Shown one piece after another: positions 49,490 to 59,449 of a stretch of DNA of 64,000 nt. This stretch comes from Gammaproteobacteria bacterium (lineage in GTDB: Bacteria > Pseudomonadota > Gammaproteobacteria > CBDDKY01). Location of the stretch: positions 45,626-109,625 of the forward strand of contig CBDDKY010000003.1 of NCBI GenBank assembly GCA_965230455.1. The letters are read 5' to 3'. Positions within the stretch are counted from its first letter, which is position 1. Each line of letters starts with the position of its first letter. The position numbers were made by a program, and so were the translations under genes. Below the pieces are notes generated by a model, which was not told the DNA's origin, ran no database searches, and saw nothing but the letters and a program-made list of their open reading frames with translations.

Positions 49490-50490
49490 AGTTACAGGCA
49501 GGACAATTACAGCATCACTTAAAACAACAGTTTCTGCCGGTCTACTTTGTGGCTGGCAAAGAACCTTTATTGATACAAGAAGCCTGTGATGCATTACGCC
49601 AACATGCTAAACAACAAGGCTTTGAACGTCGCCGCTTTACGTTGCTGCCCGGCTTTAATTGGTCAGACATTATAGGTGCCACACAAAACTTATCCCTGTT
49701 TGCCAGCAAGCAATTCATCGACATACACATTCCCAATGGCAAAATCGATGCAGCCAGCGGCAAAGCATTATTGCACGTTATGGAACAATTGGATGATACT
49801 GTTCATTTGCTCATGCACATGAATAGTTGGGATAGCAGCGTGCAGAAAAGCGCGTGGTTTAAGAAAATTCAAGCCATCGGCGCTGTCATGACTATTTGGC
49901 CTCTGGAAGATAAACAGTTACCACAATGGCTGCAACAACGTGCTAAATCTCGGCAATTAAGCTTATCGCCTGCGGCTTGCGCGCTATTGGCCGAACGCGT
50001 GTCTCATCATTTATTAGCCGCCGCCCAAGCTGTCGATAAATTAGTATTACGCTATGGTCCCGGCAATATTAGCGATGCACAAGTGGATGCGCTCATTAGT
50101 GATGAAGCACGCTTTGATGTTTTCCAATTAATGGATGTCGTGTTAGCGGGCAATGCGGCACAACTCTATAAAACAGTAGAACGCCTGAAGCAAGAAGGCG
50201 TGGAACCCATTTTAATGTTATGGGCCTTGGCAAAAGATATTCGCCTCTTAAGCAAACTTGCCACAATCACAGCACAACATGAGCCCACTGAGCCTTTTTT
50301 CCAGCAAGCCCGCATTTGGGGGCCACGTCGCCAAACCCTCAGCCGAGCCGCTAAACGCTATAATACGGGGCAATGGCTGGAACTACTGAGACAAGCGCAA
50401 GGACTGGATGCGCTGATTAAAGGACAACGTATGGGGAATATTTGGGATGAATTGTTACAGCTTGGGCTTCAGGTTCAGAATCCACAATAA
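49486..50490 (+). CDS. holA: DNA polymerase III delta subunit.
   Basis: 'LPVYFVAGKEPLLIQEACDALRQHAKQQGFE' parallels E. coli HolA 'AAYLLLGNDPLLLQESQDAVRQVAAAQGFE'. The length and the position after lptE also fit. Confidence 0.9.
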   Translation: MKLQAGQLQHHLKQQFLPVYFVAGKEPLLIQEACDALRQHAKQQGFERRRFTLLPGFNWSDIIGATQNLSLFASKQFIDIHIPNGKIDAASGKALLHVMEQLDDTVHLLMHMNSWDSSVQKSAWFKKIQAIGAVMTIWPLEDKQLPQWLQQRAKSRQLSLSPAACALLAERVSHHLLAAAQAVDKLVLRYGPGNISDAQVDALISDEARFDVFQLMDVVLAGNAAQLYKTVERLKQEGVEPILMLWALAKDIRLLSKLATITAQHEPTEPFFQQARIWGPRRQTLSRAAKRYNTGQWLELLRQAQGLDALIKGQRMGNIWDELLQLGLQVQNPQ

Positions 50491-50498
50491 CCCGCAAA

Positions 50499-51266
50499 TT
50501 ACTGCACAAACACCCAATTATTTTCAGAAGATAAGTCTTCAGCAAAAGCATAATCTTCCGCATTAAACGCTTTAAGCGACTCAGCGTCTTCCAGACGATT
50601 TTTAATGATATAACGCGCCATCATACCGCGCGCACGTTTCGCCAATAGACCAATGGTTTTATAGGTGCCATTGCGCTGGGTTTTAAACTGAATCGTTAAA
50701 AATCTACCGTCCAACAGACTTTCATTCACAGCCTGGCTATATTCAATGGAGGCTAAATTAACCAGCAGAGGATTTTTTTGTTTTTTTAGTGCCTTATTAA
50801 GTAGACCAGCAAGCGGGGTTTGCCAATAGGCGTAGAGATTTTTAAATCCATTAAAAGCAAACGTAGTCCCCATCTCTAAGCGGTAGGCCTGCATCAAATC
50901 CAAAGGACGTAATAAACCATAAAGCCCAGACAGCATACCTAAATGCTGTTGTGCAAAGGCAACGTCATCTTTATCAAAACGCTGAGCATCCATCGCACGA
51001 TAAACGTCTCCTTTAAAGCAAAACAGCGCTTGCTTTGCCTCTTTGGATGTCACGGGCCTTGTTAAAAAATGCTGATAACGTTCGTGGTTGAGCGCGGCTA
51101 ATTTATCACTGATGGACATCAAGCCTTTTAAGTCAGCAGGACTACAGTTTTTCAGTTGTGCCACCAACGGATAAACCTGTGACAAACACTGAGGTTGTGT
51201 GTGGGTTGTCACAGGCGCCGCCGTGTCGAGATCCAGCGTCTTCGCTGGAGAAATAAGAATATACAT
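50499..51266 (-). CDS. yaaA: Peroxide stress protein YaaA (UPF0246).
   Basis: 'MYILISPAKTLD', 'LMSISDKLAALNHERY', 'AFCFKGDVY', 'QQHLGMLSGLYGLLRPLDLMQAYRLEMG' and 'NLASIEYS' match E. coli YaaA closely. Confidence 0.93.
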   Translation of the reverse strand: MYILISPAKTLDLDTAAPVTTHTQPQCLSQVYPLVAQLKNCSPADLKGLMSISDKLAALNHERYQHFLTRPVTSKEAKQALFCFKGDVYRAMDAQRFDKDDVAFAQQHLGMLSGLYGLLRPLDLMQAYRLEMGTTFAFNGFKNLYAYWQTPLAGLLNKALKKQKNPLLVNLASIEYSQAVNESLLDGRFLTIQFKTQRNGTYKTIGLLAKRARGMMARYIIKNRLEDAESLKAFNAEDYAFAEDLSSENNWVFVQ

Positions 51267-51276
51267 ACCTGTTCGC

Positions 51277-52458
51277 TTAGGATGCCTTAGGCTGCACCGA
51301 ATAGGTCTTTAAACGTCGAGCAAAAGCCGCTAATACTTCAACGCCCGTTGCTTCAGCCTGACGACACCATTCTTGTAGCGCGTCAATCAACTCTTTTTGT
51401 GTTGCCGTGGTACGCGCCCAAATAGCTTGTAATTTTTGGCGATACTGATAGGCTAGCGCTAATTGCTCACGCCCTGATAACGCTGCGTTAATGGTTTCTC
51501 TGGCCTTGGCATCCACCAATTCATCGGCAGCAATCAGCGCACGCTTGGAACGACAAAATAATTTAGAAGCATGACCTTTTAATTTCGCTTTTTCTACATC
51601 GAAAATAGGCAGCATAACTTCTTTACTGTAGCGCGATAAAATTTGGAAACGGTGACGCACTAAAGCTGTCAGCGTATCCACGTCAATTTGCGTTTTGTCT
51701 TTGATGACGACTGGGTGAGTTGCCACACGACGAACCTTGACTAAATTCAGTAGTGAAAAGATTTTAATATACAACCAACCAATATCAAATTCCCACCACT
51801 TCACTGAAAACTTTGCAGACGTACCGAAGGTATGGTGATTGTTATGCAACTCTTCGCCGCCGACGATAATACCGATAGGCCAGAGGTTCGTCGCTGCATC
51901 GGTGCACTCATAATTACGATACCCCCAAAAATGCGCTAAACCATTAACAAGGCCCGCAGCAAATAAGGGAATCCAAGCCATTTGAATAGCCCAAACTATA
52001 ATACCCGGGAAGCCTAATAGCGCCACATCAAGCACAGCCATCAACAAAAGACCTAACGCAGGATAACGCGTGTATACGTTGCGCTCCATCCAATCGTCAG
52101 GCGTACCTTTACCAAATTTTTCCAGGGTGGCTTTATCTTTACAGGCTTTGCGATACAATTCCGCCCCCTGCCACATCACCGTGCGCAAACCCAATAGCTG
52201 TGGGCTATGGGGGTCTTGTTCTGTTTCACAGTGGGCGTGATGTTTACGGTGAATGGCAACCCATTGCTTGGTTTCCATACCCGTGGTTAACCACAACCAA
52301 AACCGAAAGATATGCGATAAAAAGGGATGCATGTCGATGCCACGATGGGCTTGGCAGCGATGCAAATAAAGCGTAACCGCCATGACCGTCAACTGCGTCA
52401 TCGCCAAGGTCAATATGACATAGCCCCAAAAAGAAAGATTTAGCAATCCGTAAAACAT
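51277..52458 (-). CDS. Membrane fatty-acid (acyl-CoA/acyl-lipid delta-9 type) desaturase.
   Basis: Histidine boxes 'HRKHH', 'HRLHH-like' and 'HNNHH', with 4 TM helices. The start is placed at Met23 (RBS GAGGA). The first 22 codons of the ORF-track model begin at GTG and are read through the R4 repeat. Confidence 0.85.
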   Translation of the reverse strand: MFYGLLNLSFWGYVILTLAMTQLTVMAVTLYLHRCQAHRGIDMHPFLSHIFRFWLWLTTGMETKQWVAIHRKHHAHCETEQDPHSPQLLGLRTVMWQGAELYRKACKDKATLEKFGKGTPDDWMERNVYTRYPALGLLLMAVLDVALLGFPGIIVWAIQMAWIPLFAAGLVNGLAHFWGYRNYECTDAATNLWPIGIIVGGEELHNNHHTFGTSAKFSVKWWEFDIGWLYIKIFSLLNLVKVRRVATHPVVIKDKTQIDVDTLTALVRHRFQILSRYSKEVMLPIFDVEKAKLKGHASKLFCRSKRALIAADELVDAKARETINAALSGREQLALAYQYRQKLQAIWARTTATQKELIDALQEWCRQAEATGVEVLAAFARRLKTYSVQPKAS

Positions 52459-52503
52459 GAGGTTTTCCTCGTCTAAAGTAAAATAAGCCCTAAACACCAG
52501 GGG

Positions 52504-52642
52504 CTGTTGACAATTCATTTTCACGCTGCAATTTGAATAAAACGGGTGCGAATTTGCGTGTATTTTCGTTACTATAGTTCACTATGCCGCCTCAAATAAA
52601 CACAAATTTGTCCCTCGCAGTAATTCCCGCTGGGAATTGCTG
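52504..52642 (+). repeat. Repeat family R4 copy (about 115 bp) fused to a REP-like palindrome 'cagtaattcccgctgggaattgctg' at 52618-52642.
   Basis: Identical stretches occur at 19142-19188 and, in reverse complement, at 39325-39452. The palindrome family also occurs at 12543, 35464 and 35853. Confidence 0.7.
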
Positions 52643-52771
52643 TGTCCCTCGTTCCTTCAAATTTCGACAGACGCCTACTGGGCGTTAAAACCCCATTGTA
52701 TCATACTACTGAACCATCTGCGCATTTTTGCGGTGAAAACACGACTACCGAATGATCATATGACGTTAGAT

Positions 52772-53413
52772 TCAACGTTTGGGGCGTAATGCCTCTGCCT
52801 TCGTCGGTACAGCACGTAACTTATCGCCAATCACCTTATCCACCAAGTCATAAATGACTTCATCAGACATAGACGGATTAAAACCACTCAGCGAATAATC
52901 TTGCGCCTTAGAGGCCATCCACGCCGCACGTACCATACCATAAAATCCAGACACCACATGGATGCCATCCCAAGCCCTCTCCATGGCCAATGCCACCATA
53001 TCAAAGGCTGTTTGTGTGTATTGGTTAACCAAGGTTCCTTTGCCCTCAACGCTAACCCCACCGCCGCCACCGTCATCTTCATCTTCGGCACCATAGGATC
53101 CAAACCCCAAACGGCCTACACAAGCAGCCAACGCATACCCATAGTCATAAATGGTCCAGCCACTGCTGGCCTCTATCAATGTCGGTTTGCGCCCCGCCAC
53201 ATCAAAAAATTTACTGCTTTCACAAAGGTTTAGGTAAGGATAGCGACTCAACAAGTAATAAAAATCCACATCGGATAAAGGGCGGAGCATTAAAGACTCT
53301 CGAACACCTTCAGGCAAACGATTAAACTTTTCCAGATTGACCAAATCATCGTATTGACCACTGGTCAAATATCGTAAAATATCCTGTGAAGGAGAAGGCG
53401 TTTCATCGGGCAT
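52772..53413 (-). CDS. Hypothetical 213-aa protein with an acidic, Gly-rich linker ('EDEDDGGGGGVS'). It is divergent from the 1906-aa gene.
   Basis: A clean ORF with normal codon texture and no recognisable family. Confidence 0.45.
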   Translation of the reverse strand: MPDETPSPSQDILRYLTSGQYDDLVNLEKFNRLPEGVRESLMLRPLSDVDFYYLLSRYPYLNLCESSKFFDVAGRKPTLIEASSGWTIYDYGYALAACVGRLGFGSYGAEDEDDGGGGGVSVEGKGTLVNQYTQTAFDMVALAMERAWDGIHVVSGFYGMVRAAWMASKAQDYSLSGFNPSMSDEVIYDLVDKVIGDKLRAVPTKAEALRPKR

Positions 53414-53627
53414 GGGGTATTTTTCCTGACTAAAAATCTCTTTTTGAGTCTAACACACTCACCCGGGGGAAAACAGTAAGAGAAAACCGCTAAGAGTCAG
53501 CGCCATAAACCTGTTAGATATCAATGCGTTGTAATTATATTTTCTTTTTCAGGCCCTCTGCACTTAATCTTAAAGCTTTCTTAATGTTTTCTTAATAATT
53601 TCGCGCTAGAATACTAGCTATCTAGTA

Positions 53628-56600
53628 ATGCGTGGATTTTTGATAATGCTTGATTTTTTGACGCCCCGTGGCTATTTTACTTACCAGCGCCCTACTGAAG
53701 ACAATAATAACCCCAACGTTACCTATCGGGATGAGCGTGGTAATGAAATTGAGTCTACGTTTCGTTACGTTGGCCCCCTTAAGGGGCGAGGCCAGGGTGA
53801 GCCTGGTTTCTTTCTGCAGCAACTAGACCCTGATAATGCTGTTGTTGGTAAAACACTTGCCAAATTTGACTTAGAAGCAGCCATTCAAGAAGCGGTTTTA
53901 AACGCCCTATTGCCCGACGCTGAAAACCCATTACCTGAGGAACTCAGATCCAGCGTTAACTGTGCCAAACTCACGGCACTGCACAATGGGAAGGAGCGTG
54001 ATGCTGGCGGAAAATTCATCGGGCTGGCTTCTATTCAAAAAGCTGTAGACGGTCAAGATATGGCCAAATTCATGGTTAGCCCAGAGGGCCGCGCTCCTCA
54101 AGCTTTCTTACGAGAGGTGGATAAAGCCTACGCTTCTTCATTAGATAATGCGCGTGATGCACTATCTGAAGAAGCCCAGTTCCATTTAGCCGCCGCCCTA
54201 CTGCAATCAGAATTTGCCAATGATGAAAGCAAACACATTGGGCAATTTATGCTGCTCTTGGATGCGCGTGGCCAAATAGAAAAGGTCGTGCGTATTGATT
54301 TGGGCGCCGCTTACCGCTACGCCTGGGCTAAACAGCTACACCATGCCGACTCTCCGCTGAAAGCCTCTATTTTTTATAATCACCATAAGGTGGTCAAAGG
54401 TGAAGCCCTGGGCCTGGAGACTGTTTTCGGCAGCGACCCACTTGGAAAAGACTACACCAGTTCACAGCTGCGGCACCCTGGCATACGTGCTAAATTTCTC
54501 TCACTCGCCCTAGAAAGACCCGCGCTCACCGAAGCGACTATCATCCAACGCTTCACAGGCCTCTTTGAGCAAATACCTGGCGATGCAGTACAACAACAAA
54601 GAGAAGCGTTAGTCGGATTTGCTGCGGAATTTTATAAAGATGCCTACGACCCAAATCAAGCTAAAGCTGAAGATGAAGATGGGTTCGAGCTCCTCGACGA
54701 CTTTAAGTTTAATGAGCATTACAAAAAGCTACCCAAAGCTTATAAAGCGTGGAAAAAAATCCATAAAGATCTCATGGACGCCCAAGAGGCTCGGGAAAAA
54801 GCCATCGCGGACATTACTCAAGCTGGAGCAAACCAGGAAGCAGAACAACAAGCTCGAAATGAATTCAATACTGCTGAGAACATGATACAGGATTTAACGG
54901 GAGCGAAAAATGACGCGCTTATCGCCTGTGAAAACATCTTACGCAAGATTTGTCTGCCGGACAGTGAAAGCACCGGTCCATTTGTCGATGATGAGCTTAA
55001 TCATCACCAGGAAGGGAGCATCGCACACGGCTTAGCACAACATGTCGCCGAGGCGACCCTGTCCAAACACCAGGCTATCGTTAACCATGCACAGCTTGAA
55101 ATCACACGCTGCGTTAACGGCGCCAATGTGGGCCCAGCTATTAGTAACCTATTAACAACACCAGCCTCCACGGCGCCTCTTACTCCCGAACAGATTGACT
55201 CATTAACAGCTAAACACACCCAGCTGACAGCCCGCAAAAAATCTCCCCTTGTCAGAAAACTCATTGAAAACCGTCTTACCCTTAACCGATGCTATCATGA
55301 GGACAACACACTCAAAGCAGCATCGACCGCCGTCATTACCGATTTAGGCCTTCAGGGCGAAAAACGGCGCGAGCTGTTAAAAACCGCGAAACAAGCCTTG
55401 AAGTCCATTGCTCATTTGACGCCTGAAGCTAAAACAGCACTAAAAAACATCAATAATGCGTTAAGACAGCGTCCGGGCTCAGAGCCACACTTGTATGACT
55501 TACTGTCTAAACGCGTTATGTTTGATATATTAGACCAAGCCACCTTGATGGCTGAAGCGCCACAACGTAAAGAAGAGGTAAAAGACAAAAGAAAAATTCC
55601 TTGGCAAAAAGAAGCCCCCACTTACAGCGCAGCACAAACACTGTTTCAAGCTTATTATAAGTCGTTTGACCTAGAGGGTAGAAACGCTTTAGCTGAAATG
55701 CAGGATGAAGAAATAGAGGTTCGTCAAGCCTTCGTAGAGTCTAGCTATACTTCTCTACTCATGTCGCACTATGCACGGCAATTACCCCAACGGGTTCCAG
55801 CCGTTACAGCAACTGCCCGCGAAATCCTTGCTATTTTCTTCCCTGATGATAAAAGAATGGACGACGATGCAAAAAATCAGCATATTAGCACCAACGAGCT
55901 GGATAAGCTCCCCCTTGAGCACCTTCATTGGGTAGCCAGCCGTGCAGGCGCTGCTTGGTGCATGGAACATAGAACAAAAAGCGCCCTGTTTAATCAGCAA
56001 GTAAAGCGCTTAGACTTTATTAAAGTCCATAAGGGCTGCCACCAGCTTTATGCAGCCATTAAAAAGTTGCCCCCTCATTTGCGCGCCTATCCCGATACAG
56101 AGCTACGCCGTATTATTGATGGACTTAGAAACGGCGCTGAAAACTCAAAGCAATTGGAAGCACAGCTTGCTGGCTTAATCCATGCCACCGAAAAAGCCCC
56201 GGCTGCCGCACTGACTCAGTGGACGCTTAATCTCCTAGAGGGCTTGGAACAAACACCACGTATAGCGCAAGCTATTGAACATATACGCGCTGAAGACAAC
56301 GCTACCCCACTGCACGCGCTCCTCAAGAAAACGCTGATTACTCACGTCATGGATGAATATCCTGAGCACGGCCAAACACTGTGGGAGCTTCAACAACAAT
56401 CGCTTACCTTGGCTCGCGTAACCACTGATGACGAACGCGTTCAAGAGCTAGCCACCTTGGGGGCGAAATACCCAAACTTTCGGGATCTGCAAGAGGCTGA
56501 TCAATCACTTATCGCCCAGTATTATCGATTATTGCAAGATGAAAACCCTCCCACCGTAACCCAAGGTGCTCGAGCCATTTTAACTTCGCTTACCCGCGAG

Positions 56601-59348
56601 GCGGCCCTTACCACTAGCCCAGAACAGGCTTACTTTATTGCCTCACGTGCAGGGGGTTCCAACTGGTACAACAACCTACCTGCGGGTGATAATGCTGACG
56701 AACAAGCCCGCATCCTTACACTTAAAGGGCTTTTTGTGCAAGGCCAGCTCTTGGCTTCCCATGAGAATTTATCGCTACTGATTAACAAGCTTCGCGCCTT
56801 ACCCACTATAGGAGACACATTTGCGGACCATATCGATAAACTCAGCACCAGTCTGGGCTTATTGCTTTCACTACCCAATAACGCTGACACAGAACAGAGC
56901 ATCCAAAACCTTATCAGACAAGTGGACAAATACAGAGCCTTTCTTGACGATGCGGAGAAAAACCCATTATCTTCTGCTGATATCGAGGAGATGATGCAAG
57001 CTTTTGATTTGGATGAAGGGGAAATGACGTCCCAGCATGCCCTGACGCCCTTACAGGATAAAAGCTTACACCCATTTCTCCCCAACGTGGATGCACAAAC
57101 AGATGGTTCACCGGCAAAACAGCTCATGGGTATCGCACTCATCCAACATATCCATGATTTAGCCAGAGCAAAAACAACGCCTCAAGCCCTTTGTCGGCAG
57201 GCTAAACAGCTGTTACAACAAGTCCCTGCTGCATTTTCAGACCGAGCTAAACCCATTATCGCACAGCTTGACGCTGAAGCTCGCCGCCCCGACGATCATG
57301 CCAAGCATCCCCAGGCTATTATCCCGGCTAGCCTCATCTTCGATATGCAGCAAGAAGAACAAGCTGAAAAAACCCATGATATAGCCGCAGGGTTAGAAGC
57401 CTTATCGGCTTATGGCAGAGAAGCGGGCTACCTTGATGAAGGCGATGAACAGGTAGATGAAGAGGCATTAGCAGCAGCAGAAGAACAGCGAGATATACGC
57501 AAAGCAGAGGAAAGAAGCCTTATCGATGAGCGAAGAGAACAATCTCCCGATGAGAAATTACTCCATCTCTATGAACGCGAGCTTGACAATGATGAGCACG
57601 AAGACGTTGCCGAATGCGCCCAAGCGGCGTTGAGAGCATTTTTGCGTGATATGGCTGCCAACAGGCCAGCTTCTTTACAACAATTCAGTGTGGCCGATTT
57701 TCATTTTGTGGCCTCTCGTGCCGGCAGCCGTTGGATCAATGACAATCGGGATACTTATCCTCTTTTAGATACTTTTCTAAAGCGTGTGATTGTCATTATG
57801 AGGCCTAGAACAACACGAGAAGCGCTGCCTCTCTTAGGCCATACGCCGGCGCTACACGAATTATTTGTAACCATTAAAGGCTTACCTCCAGGCGCAGTTC
57901 GTAGACACGCTAATGCTTTATTGAATGCATTAGCCGATGACAGCCTTGTTGGTGAGGAGGAAAGGCTTCAAGCAGAACACGTAGCGCAAGGGCTTGCCTC
58001 GTTTTTGAAAGCTTATCAAAAGAACCCTCACTTTGGCATGCAAGAACTGTTGTCGTTCAAAGCGCTTTTCCAGCTGCAACCTAATGCAGCCATCTTCCCT
58101 TCTGAACCGGAACAAAAACGCCTCACAGGGCTTCCCGCGTCTCCTCACGATTTATTTCAACGAGAGGGTTTAACGCCGACCCAGCGATTGGCTAAAATTT
58201 TCATGAATGTGCTTTACCAAAAAGAGCGCGGTGTTCCCATCAGCCCGCGCGTTGCAATCGAAGCGCTTAACCACGATAACTCTCAATTCGGTCAGTTTGC
58301 GCGCGGTTTTATTGCCACACCAGCGCCACAAAGGGCTCGGGACATCGATAATGAAAAATATCCTACCTACAGCAGGGCAAAGCAAGGCATTGACAACCAA
58401 AGGGAGGATGACGCCAATAGAACAACATTTATCAGGCAGGAAGAAACGCTGGTAGGCCGCTTGAGCACCCATAAAGAACAACAACTCGCCCTACTACGCA
58501 ATGAATTTCTGGCGCTTGATTTGGCTGTTGAAGAAATGACCTTAGCAAATGCTAGCACAGGAAACGTACTCCAACGCTTTGATGCCATAACCAACCGAGT
58601 CGGTGACACACTGCAAAGACAATGCAAGCAAGAAATAGCCCGATGTGTTTCAGGGCTGGGACATGATAACAACGGTCGCCACCCAACGGCGGGTTTCCCA
58701 CCTAAAGGTTTATTAATTGAAGGTTGCGAAGAGCGCTATTTGAAACCCACGGTGGATGCTTTTAATGCTAAATGCGCTGAATCACGCCAACACTTAGAAA
58801 CTAAAGTCAATATCATGCGCCAGGCAAAAGTGCAAAATAAATTGACGGGCACCTCCGTGCCTCGCGCTGCTGAAGAAAGTGGTGCGTCGGCTAACTTTAG
58901 CCTCACCGGCCGCGCCGCACAAGCACGCCAACAATTATTAACCGCAACAACCATCTCGGTCAATAAAGCATTCATTACCATTCACCCCGGTGGCCGAATC
59001 ACCGGGCTAGATCAATTCAGTGATACAGAGCTACTCAGCTGGCTACGTGGTAAAACCCGCGTCTTTGGTTTTAAGGTGAAGCAAAACTTTGCTGAGGTGC
59101 TCGCGGCGGCTGGTTATAGAACCTTTAATCTGAACATGATTCGCCACGCCGACCTTAAAATGCAAGCAGCCTGCCACCACGCAGCTGAAGAAGGACTGCG
59201 ACGTTATAATAAGGGCAGACCCGTTTCTGAGCGCGTTTCACTTTTGCAAAACCAGGAAGCTGGCAATGCTCCCCTGCCTAATTTTGATAGAGATAATAAT
59301 GAACCGGTTGACAATCATCCAAGGCCTAGGCCTACACTGGTACATTAG
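53628..59348 (+). CDS. Giant (1906 aa) alpha-helical protein, paralog of the 12643-17697 product, and a candidate translocated effector.
   Basis: A single 5.7-kb ORF. It has three copies of the 'F/W-VASRAG-xxW' motif ('LHWVASRAGAAWC', 'AYFIASRAGGSNWY', 'FHFVASRAGSRWI'). The C-terminal ~350 aa are homologous to the 1684-aa protein. There is an acidic, coiled-coil-rich segment at about residues 1230-1300. Confidence 0.8.
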   Translation: MRGFLIMLDFLTPRGYFTYQRPTEDNNNPNVTYRDERGNEIESTFRYVGPLKGRGQGEPGFFLQQLDPDNAVVGKTLAKFDLEAAIQEAVLNALLPDAENPLPEELRSSVNCAKLTALHNGKERDAGGKFIGLASIQKAVDGQDMAKFMVSPEGRAPQAFLREVDKAYASSLDNARDALSEEAQFHLAAALLQSEFANDESKHIGQFMLLLDARGQIEKVVRIDLGAAYRYAWAKQLHHADSPLKASIFYNHHKVVKGEALGLETVFGSDPLGKDYTSSQLRHPGIRAKFLSLALERPALTEATIIQRFTGLFEQIPGDAVQQQREALVGFAAEFYKDAYDPNQAKAEDEDGFELLDDFKFNEHYKKLPKAYKAWKKIHKDLMDAQEAREKAIADITQAGANQEAEQQARNEFNTAENMIQDLTGAKNDALIACENILRKICLPDSESTGPFVDDELNHHQEGSIAHGLAQHVAEATLSKHQAIVNHAQLEITRCVNGANVGPAISNLLTTPASTAPLTPEQIDSLTAKHTQLTARKKSPLVRKLIENRLTLNRCYHEDNTLKAASTAVITDLGLQGEKRRELLKTAKQALKSIAHLTPEAKTALKNINNALRQRPGSEPHLYDLLSKRVMFDILDQATLMAEAPQRKEEVKDKRKIPWQKEAPTYSAAQTLFQAYYKSFDLEGRNALAEMQDEEIEVRQAFVESSYTSLLMSHYARQLPQRVPAVTATAREILAIFFPDDKRMDDDAKNQHISTNELDKLPLEHLHWVASRAGAAWCMEHRTKSALFNQQVKRLDFIKVHKGCHQLYAAIKKLPPHLRAYPDTELRRIIDGLRNGAENSKQLEAQLAGLIHATEKAPAAALTQWTLNLLEGLEQTPRIAQAIEHIRAEDNATPLHALLKKTLITHVMDEYPEHGQTLWELQQQSLTLARVTTDDERVQELATLGAKYPNFRDLQEADQSLIAQYYRLLQDENPPTVTQGARAILTSLTREAALTTSPEQAYFIASRAGGSNWYNNLPAGDNADEQARILTLKGLFVQGQLLASHENLSLLINKLRALPTIGDTFADHIDKLSTSLGLLLSLPNNADTEQSIQNLIRQVDKYRAFLDDAEKNPLSSADIEEMMQAFDLDEGEMTSQHALTPLQDKSLHPFLPNVDAQTDGSPAKQLMGIALIQHIHDLARAKTTPQALCRQAKQLLQQVPAAFSDRAKPIIAQLDAEARRPDDHAKHPQAIIPASLIFDMQQEEQAEKTHDIAAGLEALSAYGREAGYLDEGDEQVDEEALAAAEEQRDIRKAEERSLIDERREQSPDEKLLHLYERELDNDEHEDVAECAQAALRAFLRDMAANRPASLQQFSVADFHFVASRAGSRWINDNRDTYPLLDTFLKRVIVIMRPRTTREALPLLGHTPALHELFVTIKGLPPGAVRRHANALLNALADDSLVGEEERLQAEHVAQGLASFLKAYQKNPHFGMQELLSFKALFQLQPNAAIFPSEPEQKRLTGLPASPHDLFQREGLTPTQRLAKIFMNVLYQKERGVPISPRVAIEALNHDNSQFGQFARGFIATPAPQRARDIDNEKYPTYSRAKQGIDNQREDDANRTTFIRQEETLVGRLSTHKEQQLALLRNEFLALDLAVEEMTLANASTGNVLQRFDAITNRVGDTLQRQCKQEIARCVSGLGHDNNGRHPTAGFPPKGLLIEGCEERYLKPTVDAFNAKCAESRQHLETKVNIMRQAKVQNKLTGTSVPRAAEESGASANFSLTGRAAQARQQLLTATTISVNKAFITIHPGGRITGLDQFSDTELLSWLRGKTRVFGFKVKQNFAEVLAAAGYRTFNLNMIRHADLKMQAACHHAAEEGLRRYNKGRPVSERVSLLQNQEAGNAPLPNFDRDNNEPVDNHPRPRPTLVH

Positions 59349-59376
59349 GATTGAAGAAAGTATGCGATAATGTAAT

Positions 59377-59400
59377 GGCTTGAGTCGACAGGCTCAAGCC
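59377..59400 (+). terminator. Weak terminator-like hairpin just after the 1906-aa gene stop.
   Basis: 8-bp stem 'ggcttgag'/'ctcaagcc' with an 8-nt loop. There is no following U-tract. Confidence 0.25.
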
Positions 59401-59449
59401 ATCGCTAACAGAGCCATCCTCTAGAAGCCTACAGATGTCTACTTTGTGC

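Noticed and set aside
52504-52524. ORF-track N-terminus 'MKMNCQQPLVFRAYFTLDEENL' of the desaturase. Similar TTG or GTG first codons occur in the ORF-track models of hslO, the 1059-aa gene, ATPase paralog 1 and the EAL/HDOD gene.
   Set aside because: The extension begins at a GTG and is encoded by the R4 repeat. A canonical ATG with a GAGGA RBS follows at 52458. In the other genes, downstream ATGs with RBSs and overlaps with neighbouring genes indicate shorter true starts.
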